This document shows positions 1 through 10,400 of a DNA stretch of 64,000 nt, piece after piece. This DNA comes from a virus. Numbering within the stretch: the first letter of the stretch is position 1; each line of letters starts with the position of its first letter. A program made the translations under genes and the position numbers. Location of the stretch: positions 111,699 through 175,698 of the IMG/VR virus record IMGVR_UViG_3300028800_000060. One strand, given 5' to 3'. A model generated the notes under the pieces. The model searched no databases and was not told the origin of the DNA. It was given only the letters and a program-made list of their open reading frames with translations.

Positions 1-465
1 ACTGGTGCCACGGGTCCTATTGGAGCATCAGGAAATCCTGGCGGGGCTACAGGTGCTACTGGAGCAAATGGTTCCGATGGTGCTACTGGAGCAACTGGTG
101 CTTCCGGAATAGGCGCAACGGGGGCAACGGGTCCATCAGGAGGTGGAGGAGGTGGAGGTGTTATAGGAACAGCCCTATTTGATGCCTCATCAGGATCCAT
201 AGTTGGATTAGTAGTAGCTGGTAATATTAGTGGGGTTACATATACCAGTACAGGAACCTATGCAGTCTCACTAACAGGGAGTCCTACCAATTACCTAGTA
301 CAAGTTCAATGCTCGAATGATTCCGGTACATATGTTGCCTTACCTTCGATTCAGTATAATAGTGTCACCTCTTCAGGATTTTCAATACGTGTAATTCAGG
401 TGAATGGTGGTGGTTTTGGTGTTAGAGATTTCCCTATCAATTGTATTTCGGTTATAAAACTTTAA
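1..465 (+). CDS. 3' end of collagen-like (Gly-Ala-Thr repeat) fibre protein, partial
   Basis: Frame 1 reads TGATGPIGASGNPGGATGATGANGSDGATGATG..., then a beta-rich C-terminal domain; TAA at 463-465. Confidence 0.85.
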   Translation, partial: TGATGPIGASGNPGGATGATGANGSDGATGATGASGIGATGATGPSGGGGGGGVIGTALFDASSGSIVGLVVAGNISGVTYTSTGTYAVSLTGSPTNYLVQVQCSNDSGTYVALPSIQYNSVTSSGFSIRVIQVNGGGFGVRDFPINCISVIKL

Positions 466-481
466 CCAGTCATTTAAGAAT

Positions 482-510
482 TTGACAACAATAATGTATT
501 ATGTTATAAT
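482..510 (+). promoter_or_regulatory. Consensus sigma70 promoter
   Basis: TTGACA (482-487), 17 bp, TATAAT (505-510) with extended TG; ATG 7 nt downstream. Confidence 0.85.
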
Positions 511-517
511 ATAGATA

Positions 518-1687
518 ATGAAACTGCGCATACATGTTATTTCCTTACCGCATACCAAGACCAATAAGCTATATTGTGCCTGTGCCTACACCCAAAAAAT
601 CCTGAATTTTTGTAAGATGATGCATTCCCTCGGCCATACCGTTTTTCATTACGGAGCCGAGGGTTCTCAGGTTGAATGTACAGAACAAATACAAATAATT
701 TCTGATGCCGAACAGCGCCATTATTTTGGTGCAACTGATTGGAAAAAAAATACCTTCCCTATTAAATGGGATTCTAGAGAACCGTATTGGGATCTAACCA
801 ATGTGCGTGCTGCAACCGAAATTAATAAACGAAAACAAAAACAGGATTTTGTTTGTGTTGTTGGTGGTGTTTGTCAAAAACCTCTTACAGATTTGGTAGG
901 CGAATCACATACAATTAATGTCGAACCTTTTGTTGGTTATTATGGAATATATACCAAATATCGGGCATTTGAAAGTTATACACATCAATCTTGTGTATAT
1001 GGAACAATGTCAGGTGATCCAAATGGACAATTATATGATTGTGTGATTCCAAATTATTATGATCCCAGTGATTTCTCAATTTCAACAGAGCGAAAAGATT
1101 ATTTACTTTACATTGGAAGATTAATTTCCAGGAAAGGTATTTTAATAGCTTTGCAAACTGCTAAAGCTACCGGTAGAAAATTGATTATGGCCGGCCAAGG
1201 TGTTAAAGAGATCACCTCCGATCGATTAGTGACCGAAGAGGGAATTACTATTCCTTTGGGGGATGATGTTGAATATTTTGGTTATGCGGGAGTTGAAGAA
1301 CGCCGTAAATTAATGGGCGAAGCGCATGCAATTTTGATGCCTACTTTATTTATGGAGCCATTTGGTGGAGTAGCTGTTGAATCTCAGTTGTGTGGTACTC
1401 CCGTTATTTCAACGGACCATGCAGCCTTCACAGAAACAGTAAAACATGGAGAAACTGGTTATCGTTGCCACTCGCTAGAACAATTTGTATGGGCTGTAGA
1501 ACATACTGATGAACTGCACCTACCGGATGTAATACGAGATATTGCCTTGGCAAATTACTCAATTGATAAGGTCAAATATATGTATGATGAGTGGTTCAAT
1601 ATGCTTTTGGGCCTTTGGGGTTCTGGATGGCCGGATTTAACGAGACTCGAAGAACGAAAAAATCTGGATTGGTTGCATAAAATCTGA
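518..1687 (+). CDS. Glycosyltransferase family 4 (GT-B)
   Basis: YIGRLISRKG and EPFGGVAVESQLCGTPVI (ExFG..xxE) motifs. Confidence 0.9.
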   Translation: MKLRIHVISLPHTKTNKLYCACAYTQKILNFCKMMHSLGHTVFHYGAEGSQVECTEQIQIISDAEQRHYFGATDWKKNTFPIKWDSREPYWDLTNVRAATEINKRKQKQDFVCVVGGVCQKPLTDLVGESHTINVEPFVGYYGIYTKYRAFESYTHQSCVYGTMSGDPNGQLYDCVIPNYYDPSDFSISTERKDYLLYIGRLISRKGILIALQTAKATGRKLIMAGQGVKEITSDRLVTEEGITIPLGDDVEYFGYAGVEERRKLMGEAHAILMPTLFMEPFGGVAVESQLCGTPVISTDHAAFTETVKHGETGYRCHSLEQFVWAVEHTDELHLPDVIRDIALANYSIDKVKYMYDEWFNMLLGLWGSGWPDLTRLEERKNLDWLHKI

Positions 1688-1703
1688 TGCTAAATAGAAG
1701 TAA

Positions 1704-2090
1704 ATGGCACAACCAAGATTTCGCGACATTTCTCTTTCTTTTCGAAATAATCCAGTAACTGGAGACATTGTTGAACTTTTTGATTCTGATGCTGTAAAGG
1801 CTTCGGTAATTAATCTCGTTATGACGATGAATTTTGAAATTCCTTTTCATCCTGAAGTAGGAAGTGCTGTAATGCGGTCATTATTCGACAATTTCGGAAC
1901 AATGACCGCTGTGAATATTCGGCGGTCAATTTTAGACGTATTACAAAACTTTGAAAGCCGCGTAGAAGTTCTAGGTGTAGATGTTTCTATGGATCCCGAT
2001 GCCCATGGATACAATGCACTAATTGTATACCAAATCATCGGACAACCTACTCCAGTAACGATAACACTTTTTCTAGAAAAGACACGATAA
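1704..2090 (+). CDS. gp25: Baseplate wedge subunit gp25-like
   Basis: DISLSF..NPVTGD, E.PFHPEVGS..R.SLF, FESRV motifs; precedes gp6; late motif CTAAATA at 1690. Confidence 0.9.
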   Translation: MAQPRFRDISLSFRNNPVTGDIVELFDSDAVKASVINLVMTMNFEIPFHPEVGSAVMRSLFDNFGTMTAVNIRRSILDVLQNFESRVEVLGVDVSMDPDAHGYNALIVYQIIGQPTPVTITLFLEKTR

Positions 2091-3901
2091 TGGCTAATAG
2101 CAGCACATCAACAAAACTCAATATATCGGAATTAGATTTTGATGCGATCATTTCGGCACTTACTAATTACCTACAGTCCCAAAGTGAATTTCAAGATTAT
2201 AATTTCCAGGGATCAGGATTGCGTGTCATTCTTAACATTCTCGCCTATAACACGCATTTTCTTTCATATTATTTAAATATGGTTGCTAATGAATCTTTTC
2301 TTGATTCGGCTGACCGTAGAGAAAATATTGTATCGATTGCAAAACAGTTGGGATATACTCCCTCATCCCGTAAGGCTTCAGAAGCTACAGTAAATTTAAC
2401 AATTACACCTCCAATAAGTCCTACACCACCTGCGTTTCTTACAATACCAATTTATACACCATTTAATACGGTTGTAAATGGAACCACATATACATTTTTA
2501 ACAACACAATCATTATCAGTTCCCTATGATGTGGTTAATAACCGTTATGTTGCAAATAATGTGTTATTAAAAGAAGGAATTGCATATACTTTCCAATATA
2601 CTGTTAATACTGGTAATCCAGTTAAGTATGTTATTCCTAACCAGAATGTTGATACGAATACTTTGGTAGTCAGTATACAAGATAGCACTATGAGTTCTTT
2701 GCTTACCACATTCAACTTGGTAAGCGATTTGAATGTTTTGGATGGAACTTCTAATGTATTTTTCTTACAGGAAGTTACAAATGCTAATTATGAAGTTTAT
2801 TTTGGAGATGGCATTTTAGGTAAGTCATTAACTGATGGAAATGTTGTAAACTTAACCTTTATTGCATGTAATGCTGATGCGCCAAATTTGGCAAGCATTT
2901 TCACAATTGCGGGAAATATTAATGGATATAGTAATGTGTTAGTTTCAACCATTAACCCGGCCGCAGGTGGTGCCGAGAGAGAATCTAATGATAGTATTAG
3001 GTTTACAGCACCCCAAAATTATCAAACACAAAATCGTGCGGTTACGGCAAATGATTATGAAACGATTATCACTCGTGAATATCCTAATGTAGATAGTGTA
3101 GCAGTGTGGGGTGGAGAAACAAATATTCCACCACATTATGGAACAGTTTATTTGAGTTTGAAACCTGCATCTGGTTACGTGATCACCAATCTTACAAAAC
3201 AAAATATTGTTACAAATATATTACAGGCAAGGAATATAGTTTCAATAATTCCTGTTATTATTGATCCTGATTATATTTTTTTGGTTGTAAATTCTTTGGT
3301 GAAATATAATGCCCGCGCCACTACATTGACATCCGGTCAATTACAAAATAACGTTATAACCACGATAGAAAATTTTGCCGAAACTAATATTGGTCATTTT
3401 GGTGATATTTTCCGTTATTCTCAATTAACCCGGGCTATAGACGAAACTAATCCCGCCATTACAAATGACTTGACAACTGTATTAATGCAAAAACGATTTG
3501 TTCCACCCTTGAATGTGATTGATACGTATACGATTCTTTTTTCTAATCCAATACTTCCCAATACATTATCAAGCGGTTCATTCGTTGATACGGCAGATCC
3601 TAATTATGTTTCTGGACAGTTATATTTCTTTGATGATGATGGACAGGGATCTATTAGAACCTATAAGTTTGTGGGACCTGTCAAAACTTATACAAATTTG
3701 AAGTCAGGAACCATAGACTATTCCACTGGTAATGTTATATTGTCCTATTTCAAACCCTCAAGTATAACAGATACGACACAAACACTAAAAATTAGTGTAC
3801 AGCCACAGATTAATGATATCTCACCTATTCGCAATAATATCATCTTGATAGATCCAAATGATATTACCGTTTCTATGATGGTTAACACTCAATTAGGATA
3901 A
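2090..3901 (+). CDS. gp6: Baseplate wedge subunit gp6
   Basis: ELDFD..I, F.DYNFQGSGL..ILNILAYNTH, QNRAVTANDY, VWGGE motifs. Confidence 0.95.
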   Translation: MANSSTSTKLNISELDFDAIISALTNYLQSQSEFQDYNFQGSGLRVILNILAYNTHFLSYYLNMVANESFLDSADRRENIVSIAKQLGYTPSSRKASEATVNLTITPPISPTPPAFLTIPIYTPFNTVVNGTTYTFLTTQSLSVPYDVVNNRYVANNVLLKEGIAYTFQYTVNTGNPVKYVIPNQNVDTNTLVVSIQDSTMSSLLTTFNLVSDLNVLDGTSNVFFLQEVTNANYEVYFGDGILGKSLTDGNVVNLTFIACNADAPNLASIFTIAGNINGYSNVLVSTINPAAGGAERESNDSIRFTAPQNYQTQNRAVTANDYETIITREYPNVDSVAVWGGETNIPPHYGTVYLSLKPASGYVITNLTKQNIVTNILQARNIVSIIPVIIDPDYIFLVVNSLVKYNARATTLTSGQLQNNVITTIENFAETNIGHFGDIFRYSQLTRAIDETNPAITNDLTTVLMQKRFVPPLNVIDTYTILFSNPILPNTLSSGSFVDTADPNYVSGQLYFFDDDGQGSIRTYKFVGPVKTYTNLKSGTIDYSTGNVILSYFKPSSITDTTQTLKISVQPQINDISPIRNNIILIDPNDITVSMMVNTQLG

Positions 3902-3902
3902 A

Positions 3903-6092
3903 ATGTTTCCATATATTTCACAATATATTCGTACTCAGCCGCCTCAAACAATAAGGGATAATTATCCCTTATTTTTGGATTTCATGACGGCTTATTATGA
4001 ATTTTTAGAACAATCTGGCGGCGCTGTAAATGGTATTTTAACATTACTTAGCCAAAGGGATATTGATACCTCGTTAGATCTATTCCTAAAATATTTTGAA
4101 TATGAATTTTTGCCTAATATTCCTACTACGTTACTTGCTGATCCTCGAAAATTGGCAAAACATATAAAAGATTTTTATTTGGCAAGAGGATCAGAGAAAT
4201 CTTTTAAACTTTTATTTCGGATACTTTATGATGATTCGGTTGGGTTTTATTATCCAAAAACTGATATTATTAAACCCTCAGATGGTAAATGGTCAGTAGA
4301 TACCGTAATACGAACAACAACGGTAAATGATACGTATAAGTTTGTTGGTAGACAAATTGTAGGACAAACTTCTGGTGCTACAGCAAACGTTGAAAATGTG
4401 GTTAAATTAACCTATAATAGTGATATTGTTAGTGAAATCTATATCTCTAACCTTTCTATATTAGGAACCTTTCAGGTTGGTGAAAATATTGGCGTATTAT
4501 TACCAAATAATACAACCGTTTATGAAACTGTATATGGATTAGCTACAGGTATAGATCTTACAAATCCGGGAACGGGATATAAAGTTGATGATGTAATTAC
4601 TACATCTACTCCCACTAATGGCGCTAGTGCATTATTTGCTGTAGGTATTATAAGTGGCAACGAAGTGGGAAGAGTTGTTCGCGCCAGTTTTGAAAATTAT
4701 CCTCAACCCCCTTTAATCCAATTATCATCAACGGCTTCAATTACTGATGGATTTTATAATAATCTTTTAATTACCATTACAGATGGTTCTGGTGCGGGTC
4801 AGACAAGAACAATTATTGGATATAATGGAACGCAGCAAGTAGCTCTATTAGATACAAATTGGATTGTATTGCCAGATATTACCAGCCATTATAGCATTTC
4901 TTTAGGTAAAATTAAAATCGTAAAAGCTAAAGATTTTGGTTATAATTTTTCAACACCTATTGCGGCTGATTTTTCTCTTTCAGGAAATAAAGATGCTGTG
5001 GGTACAATTACTGTAGGCGCCGTGGGCCAGTATGCGGGAAGATTTATAAACAATGATGGCTTCTTGAGTTATAGAAAATATTTACAAGATAGTTTTTATT
5101 ACCAAGATTTTTCGTATGTATTACGTGTCCACGAAACATTAACTGAATATATTAATGTTGTTAAAAAATTGTTGCATCCTGCTGGGTTAGCTTTATTTGG
5201 TATAGATATTATTGATAGTGCAACATTTATCCGAAAAACACATAATCTTTCGGCAACAGTTACCACAACTACTTTTGGTGGAGTTCCACCTCCCACGAAT
5301 TTACAAGTTCAATATGATATGATTGAAGGTATTGATCCTCAATTGTTGTATGATGTCAGTCCTGCATATCCAAATGGGTTTAATGCTACATTAGGATCAA
5401 TACATGGAAGTGATATTGATGATCCTTCTTGGGGAGCACCAGGAGTATCATTTTTCAATACCTTTATAAATGCACGAGTAGTACCAATTAATAACACACA
5501 GCAAACGATAATTGTTGTGGCGAAAGCCAACGTACTTCAAGATAATTCGGGATTAATTGGTTGTATTGATGAAAATAAAGATTTGGGTGTAACGGGGTAT
5601 CAGATATACATAAACTCCGATGGTAGTTTGGTTTTTAGAACGCAAAAAATAAATACCATACAGAATGATTTGAGGATTAATTATCCTGCGGGGTCTATAA
5701 ATACTTCTGATTACTTTTTTGCGGCTTTGCGATATTTTAATAATACTATTGTTGGTAATTTAAATTTAAATTCTTCTATTATTGGCAGTTACGGTACAAA
5801 TATTGATTCGACGTCCATATTATCTAATTCGCGCGGTTATTATTTGGGTACGGGAGGCTTTCATCAAAGTCTTTCAACTACACCATCACTCTACGGATCC
5901 GCACTCTACGGATCAACACTCGCAGGTATTCCATCTGCTATCAATGTTCCTGTAACTTTGTACCAAGGTTATTTTGATGGAATTATTAGTTACGTGTTGA
6001 TCTACAATAGGTTTTTATCTGATACAGAAATCCTTACAGCACATCAGTTTGTTAAAGGAGTGATGAATGGACGAGGTATTCCACTTTCATAA
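3903..6092 (+). CDS. Baseplate wedge protein (gp7-like) with C-terminal LamG/ConA-like domain
   Basis: FMTAYYEFLE, IKDFYLARGSEKSFKLLFRILY, LQDSFYYQDFSYV, LLHPAG; C-terminal FDGIISYVLIYNRFLSDTEI; lies between gp6 and gp8. Confidence 0.75.
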   Translation: MFPYISQYIRTQPPQTIRDNYPLFLDFMTAYYEFLEQSGGAVNGILTLLSQRDIDTSLDLFLKYFEYEFLPNIPTTLLADPRKLAKHIKDFYLARGSEKSFKLLFRILYDDSVGFYYPKTDIIKPSDGKWSVDTVIRTTTVNDTYKFVGRQIVGQTSGATANVENVVKLTYNSDIVSEIYISNLSILGTFQVGENIGVLLPNNTTVYETVYGLATGIDLTNPGTGYKVDDVITTSTPTNGASALFAVGIISGNEVGRVVRASFENYPQPPLIQLSSTASITDGFYNNLLITITDGSGAGQTRTIIGYNGTQQVALLDTNWIVLPDITSHYSISLGKIKIVKAKDFGYNFSTPIAADFSLSGNKDAVGTITVGAVGQYAGRFINNDGFLSYRKYLQDSFYYQDFSYVLRVHETLTEYINVVKKLLHPAGLALFGIDIIDSATFIRKTHNLSATVTTTTFGGVPPPTNLQVQYDMIEGIDPQLLYDVSPAYPNGFNATLGSIHGSDIDDPSWGAPGVSFFNTFINARVVPINNTQQTIIVVAKANVLQDNSGLIGCIDENKDLGVTGYQIYINSDGSLVFRTQKINTIQNDLRINYPAGSINTSDYFFAALRYFNNTIVGNLNLNSSIIGSYGTNIDSTSILSNSRGYYLGTGGFHQSLSTTPSLYGSALYGSTLAGIPSAINVPVTLYQGYFDGIISYVLIYNRFLSDTEILTAHQFVKGVMNGRGIPLS

Positions 6093-6101
6093 ATATAAAG
6101 T

Positions 6102-7466
6102 ATGCCACTAACAGCCATAGAAAACAACCAATTTCGGATATATTCCGCACAAAAATTTATTGAAGGATTACAATCGCAAACCTCTCAAAATAATCTTTAT
6201 GTGTGGATTGGGAAAGTTACCCCTTGGTCTAATGAAAATAATCCACCACAACCTAACGATACTGTGGCTGCTAGGATTTCTAGTTTTGCTGATATGTTAT
6301 CGGCCAAGAGAGTTTCACCTTCTGATGCGAGCTTAGTAATTCCTCGACACAATTGGCAGCCATCTACCGTATATTCACAATATTCGGATTTAGGAGCGAT
6401 TGCAAGCGGAATATACTATGATTTATACGAACCAAATACAAATACTGCTCCGTTCTATGTGATAACTACCGATTATAATGTGTATAAATGTATCAGCAAC
6501 AATTATGGTGCAAATACTTCCGTTATGCCGACGGGTACAAGTACAACACCAATTACAACTGCTGATGGATATATTTGGAAATTTATGTTTCAAGTATCTT
6601 CCGCAAATGTTTTGAAATTTTTGTCTGATGACTGGATTCCAGTATATTCATTATCATCTAATGATGGAACTACCCAATGGTCAGTACAAGCAACAGCAGT
6701 TCCTGGATCAATTGAATTCATTCAAGTAACAAATGTTGGATCCAGTTATACAAGTGTCCCACCAGTTACTGTTTTGGGTGATGGAGTAGGCTGTACAGCC
6801 GTTGCTGTTTTAACAGGCACTACAGTTACGGGAATTAATATTATAACTAAAGGCCAGGGTTACTCATATGCCACAGTAACAATTGGTGGTCCCGGTTCTA
6901 ATGCTGCGGCTCACGCAATGATAAGTCCTCCCGGTGGCCATGGTTCTAATGCTGTTGCTGAATTGGGTGCAATGTATGTTATGGTAGATGTTTCATTGAA
7001 TTATGATGAATCCAATAAAATCACAACTGGCAATGATTATAGGAAATTTGGTCTACTTTTAAATCCCTTATTCTACGAATCACAAGTATATTATTATCCT
7101 TTAATAGCAACCGCGACTACAAACCTAACATTAACGGGAGTTACAGGTACATTTGATCCCGATGTTTTGGTTACAGGTTCTACAAGCGGTGTAACTGGAA
7201 GAGTTGTTGATTTTGATTTGGCCGGTTCAAATATTTTACGGTTAAACGAAGTTACCAGAGGAACAGCAAGTGGTTACTTATCAACTGCCAGTGGTTTCGT
7301 AGTGAGTGAAACTTTAATTACCGCAAGTGGTATTGCGGAAATAAGTTCAGTAGTTGCTCCCGATATTGAACCTAATTCTGGTTTGATTTTAACTACAGAA
7401 TATATGAGTCCCGTTATGCGGTCTCCATCACAAATAGAAGATATAAAAATAACATTGCCGTTCTAA
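6102..7466 (+). CDS. gp8: Baseplate wedge subunit gp8
   Basis: FYVITTDYNVYKCISN, DGYIWKFMF, PPGGHG, R.PSQIEDIKI; late motif CATAAATA at 6088. Confidence 0.9.
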   Translation: MPLTAIENNQFRIYSAQKFIEGLQSQTSQNNLYVWIGKVTPWSNENNPPQPNDTVAARISSFADMLSAKRVSPSDASLVIPRHNWQPSTVYSQYSDLGAIASGIYYDLYEPNTNTAPFYVITTDYNVYKCISNNYGANTSVMPTGTSTTPITTADGYIWKFMFQVSSANVLKFLSDDWIPVYSLSSNDGTTQWSVQATAVPGSIEFIQVTNVGSSYTSVPPVTVLGDGVGCTAVAVLTGTTVTGINIITKGQGYSYATVTIGGPGSNAAAHAMISPPGGHGSNAVAELGAMYVMVDVSLNYDESNKITTGNDYRKFGLLLNPLFYESQVYYYPLIATATTNLTLTGVTGTFDPDVLVTGSTSGVTGRVVDFDLAGSNILRLNEVTRGTASGYLSTASGFVVSETLITASGIAEISSVVAPDIEPNSGLILTTEYMSPVMRSPSQIEDIKITLPF

Positions 7467-7481
7467 GGACTAAATAGGTAT

Positions 7482-10400
7482 ATGCCAATTACATTTTCAA
7501 CAGCGCCATATTATGATGATTTTTCTGCGGCAAAAGAATTTTACAAAATATTATTCCGTCCCGGTTATGCTCTCCAAGCTCGCGAACTAACTCAACTACA
7601 ATCTATTTTTGGTGAGCAACTAAATCGGTTTGGACGATATATTTTCTCCGATGGTGCGATGGTTACACCAGGGCAAATAACATACGATCAAAATCTAGCA
7701 TATGTGAAGGTTAATCCCACATTTTCAGCAGCACCTATTGATTATGATTTGATTGATCCACTTGTAGTGGGAACAACAGTTCAAATTAAAGGTGTGACAA
7801 CCGGCATTGTTGCACAGGTTGTTCAGGTTGCCCGCGATATCAATACCATTTACGTAAAATACGTAACATCAGGAACAAGTAATACAGTCGCAACATTTGC
7901 TGATAATGAAGTTATAAACATTCTTCCTGCAAATATTGGTGTTTGCCAAGCAATAGTTGCCGCATCAACTGGTATAACAGCACAGGCATCAATCGCCGAT
8001 GGTGTGTATTTTATTTTCGGTAAATTTTTGAATGTAAATTCTCAAACCATTCGATTGGCAGATTATAACCAATTTCCTAGTGTTAATGTTGGTCTTCAAG
8101 CTGTAGAAACCATTGTTACACCAGAAGATGATACCTCATTAAACGATAATGCTATTGGTACACCGAATTTTGCTGCACCAGGTGCACACCGTTACAAGAT
8201 CGTTTTGAATCTTGTTGCTTTACCAGAAGGAACAATAGCTGATAGTGAATTCACTTCCTTAATGGTAATCGCAAACGGAACAATTCAATCTCAAGTTCAA
8301 ACTACCGCACTAAGTGAAATTGCCGATACATTGGCGCGCCGAACATTCGACGCAAATGGTAATTTTATTACAACTCCTTTTGGATTTGATATCCATGAAA
8401 GTCTTTTGAATGGTAATAATGGTGGTGTTTATACAGCTTTACAGGGTGGGCGAGAAGATCAATTAGCATTTGGAATTGAACCTGGAAAAGCATATGTACA
8501 AGGATATGAAATTAAGACTATTACCAAGCAATACATTCCATTAGATAAGGCACGTACAACCAATTTCTTTCAAAATAGTCATACGCGCGCCTATCTGGGT
8601 AACTTCATCTATATTAATCGCGTATTTGGTATACCAAGTTATGATTTGTGGCCATCGGTGAATTTGTATGCTACGCCAATTGTTACTGATGGTGTGGCAC
8701 CAGTAACTTCTATTGTAGGAACTGCTACAATTCGTGGTTTACAATTTCAAGAAGGATCTTTCCAAGTAATTGGTGATCCTGGTCCCATATTTCAATGTTA
8801 TTTAACCGATATCAATATAACTACACCAGGATTATCCTTGACAGATATCCGCTCATTGGCAGTAAATGATGGTACACTAACAACAACTGCAAATATCCTA
8901 ACACAAGTGGATATTGTGAATGTTGTAGGTAGTTTCGCAATAGGTTCTACTATTACAGATGGCACGAATACAGAAACAGTGTATGCCTGGGACACTACAA
9001 ATAATTTATTATTGACTCAGCCTAGCGCAGTTTCTATACCGACTAATTCACCGATCACATCAAGTGCAACTGGAACAGCAAATATTTTACAGCGTATCTC
9101 ACTTTTTGATCCGTCTGATAATATCTTATTATACCAGTTACCTCAAGGAACAGTATCTACAGTCCGTGATACTTCTGGTAGTATCACAACATCATATTCA
9201 TACCGTAAGGTATTTACTCCAGTTGCCGCTAGTTCCGGAACAGTAACATTCGCTACGAGTACTAATGAAGTATTTGCGTCAATGGAAATTACTGATTATG
9301 TTGCATGTATCGAAAGTGGTACGGGTGCAGGTACACTGGTAGATGTTACCAGTTCAAGCCCTGTATTTAGTTCGGGATTGGCGCATTTAACATTTAACGC
9401 TCCTAATGGTACAACGGTAAAACTTTCGGCTACAGTTGTTAAAGAGATTGCCGTAGAGAAAACAAAATCACTACAAACCCAGTCATTGACCGTAACAACT
9501 CCTGCTAGTGTTTTGAATCTTGGAAAAGCCGATATTTATAATATATTGGGCATATGGACAGGAACAGATAATACGGGAACAAATATCACATCATGGTATA
9601 AATTAGACAGAGGACAACGAGATAATCGTTATGATTTTGGAACACTTTCATTGCTTCCAGGATATACCTCTCCTTCATCAGTGTTTATACAATATCAATA
9701 TTTCACCCATAGTTCCGGTGATTACTTTAGTGTGAACAGTTATTTAAATTTTGATGCCGCTCTTCCAAATTATATTGCCGGGGCCACGTATTATCCATTA
9801 ATTCCTTCATATAATGGATCAAATGGTACGAAGTATCTATTACGTGATTGTTACGATTTTCGTCCTCGCGTAAATGATACGGCCACACCAACAAGCACTA
9901 TAGCTAATGCTGCTGTACCGGTACCACCAACATATGTTACTCCAGGTAAATTAGTGAAACCTAATGATGATATAGTCTCGGACTTCTCATATTATCTAGG
10001 TCGTATCGATAAGATTTATTTGGATGAAAATGGATTTTTCCGTGTAATTGAAGGCACACCTTCATTAACACCATTAGCTCCACCAGATCCTGCAACAGGG
10101 ATGGTTGTTGCTATTTTGGGATATCCCGCATACACGTTTTCACCAACCAGCGTTTCCATTAAGAGTATTCCAAATAAGGTTTATCCAATGGTGAAGATTG
10201 GTGATTTAGAGACTCGTATTGCCCAGTTGGAATATTACACGGCTTTAAATTTGTTGGAACAACAAACTGCCAATATGCAGATTCCGGATGCAACAACGGG
10301 ATTAAACCGATATCAATCTGGGTTTATAGTTGATAATTTCGTGGACAACAGTGTTTCAGATTATAATAATTCGGATTGTAAATTTTCTTTGGATGCATTG

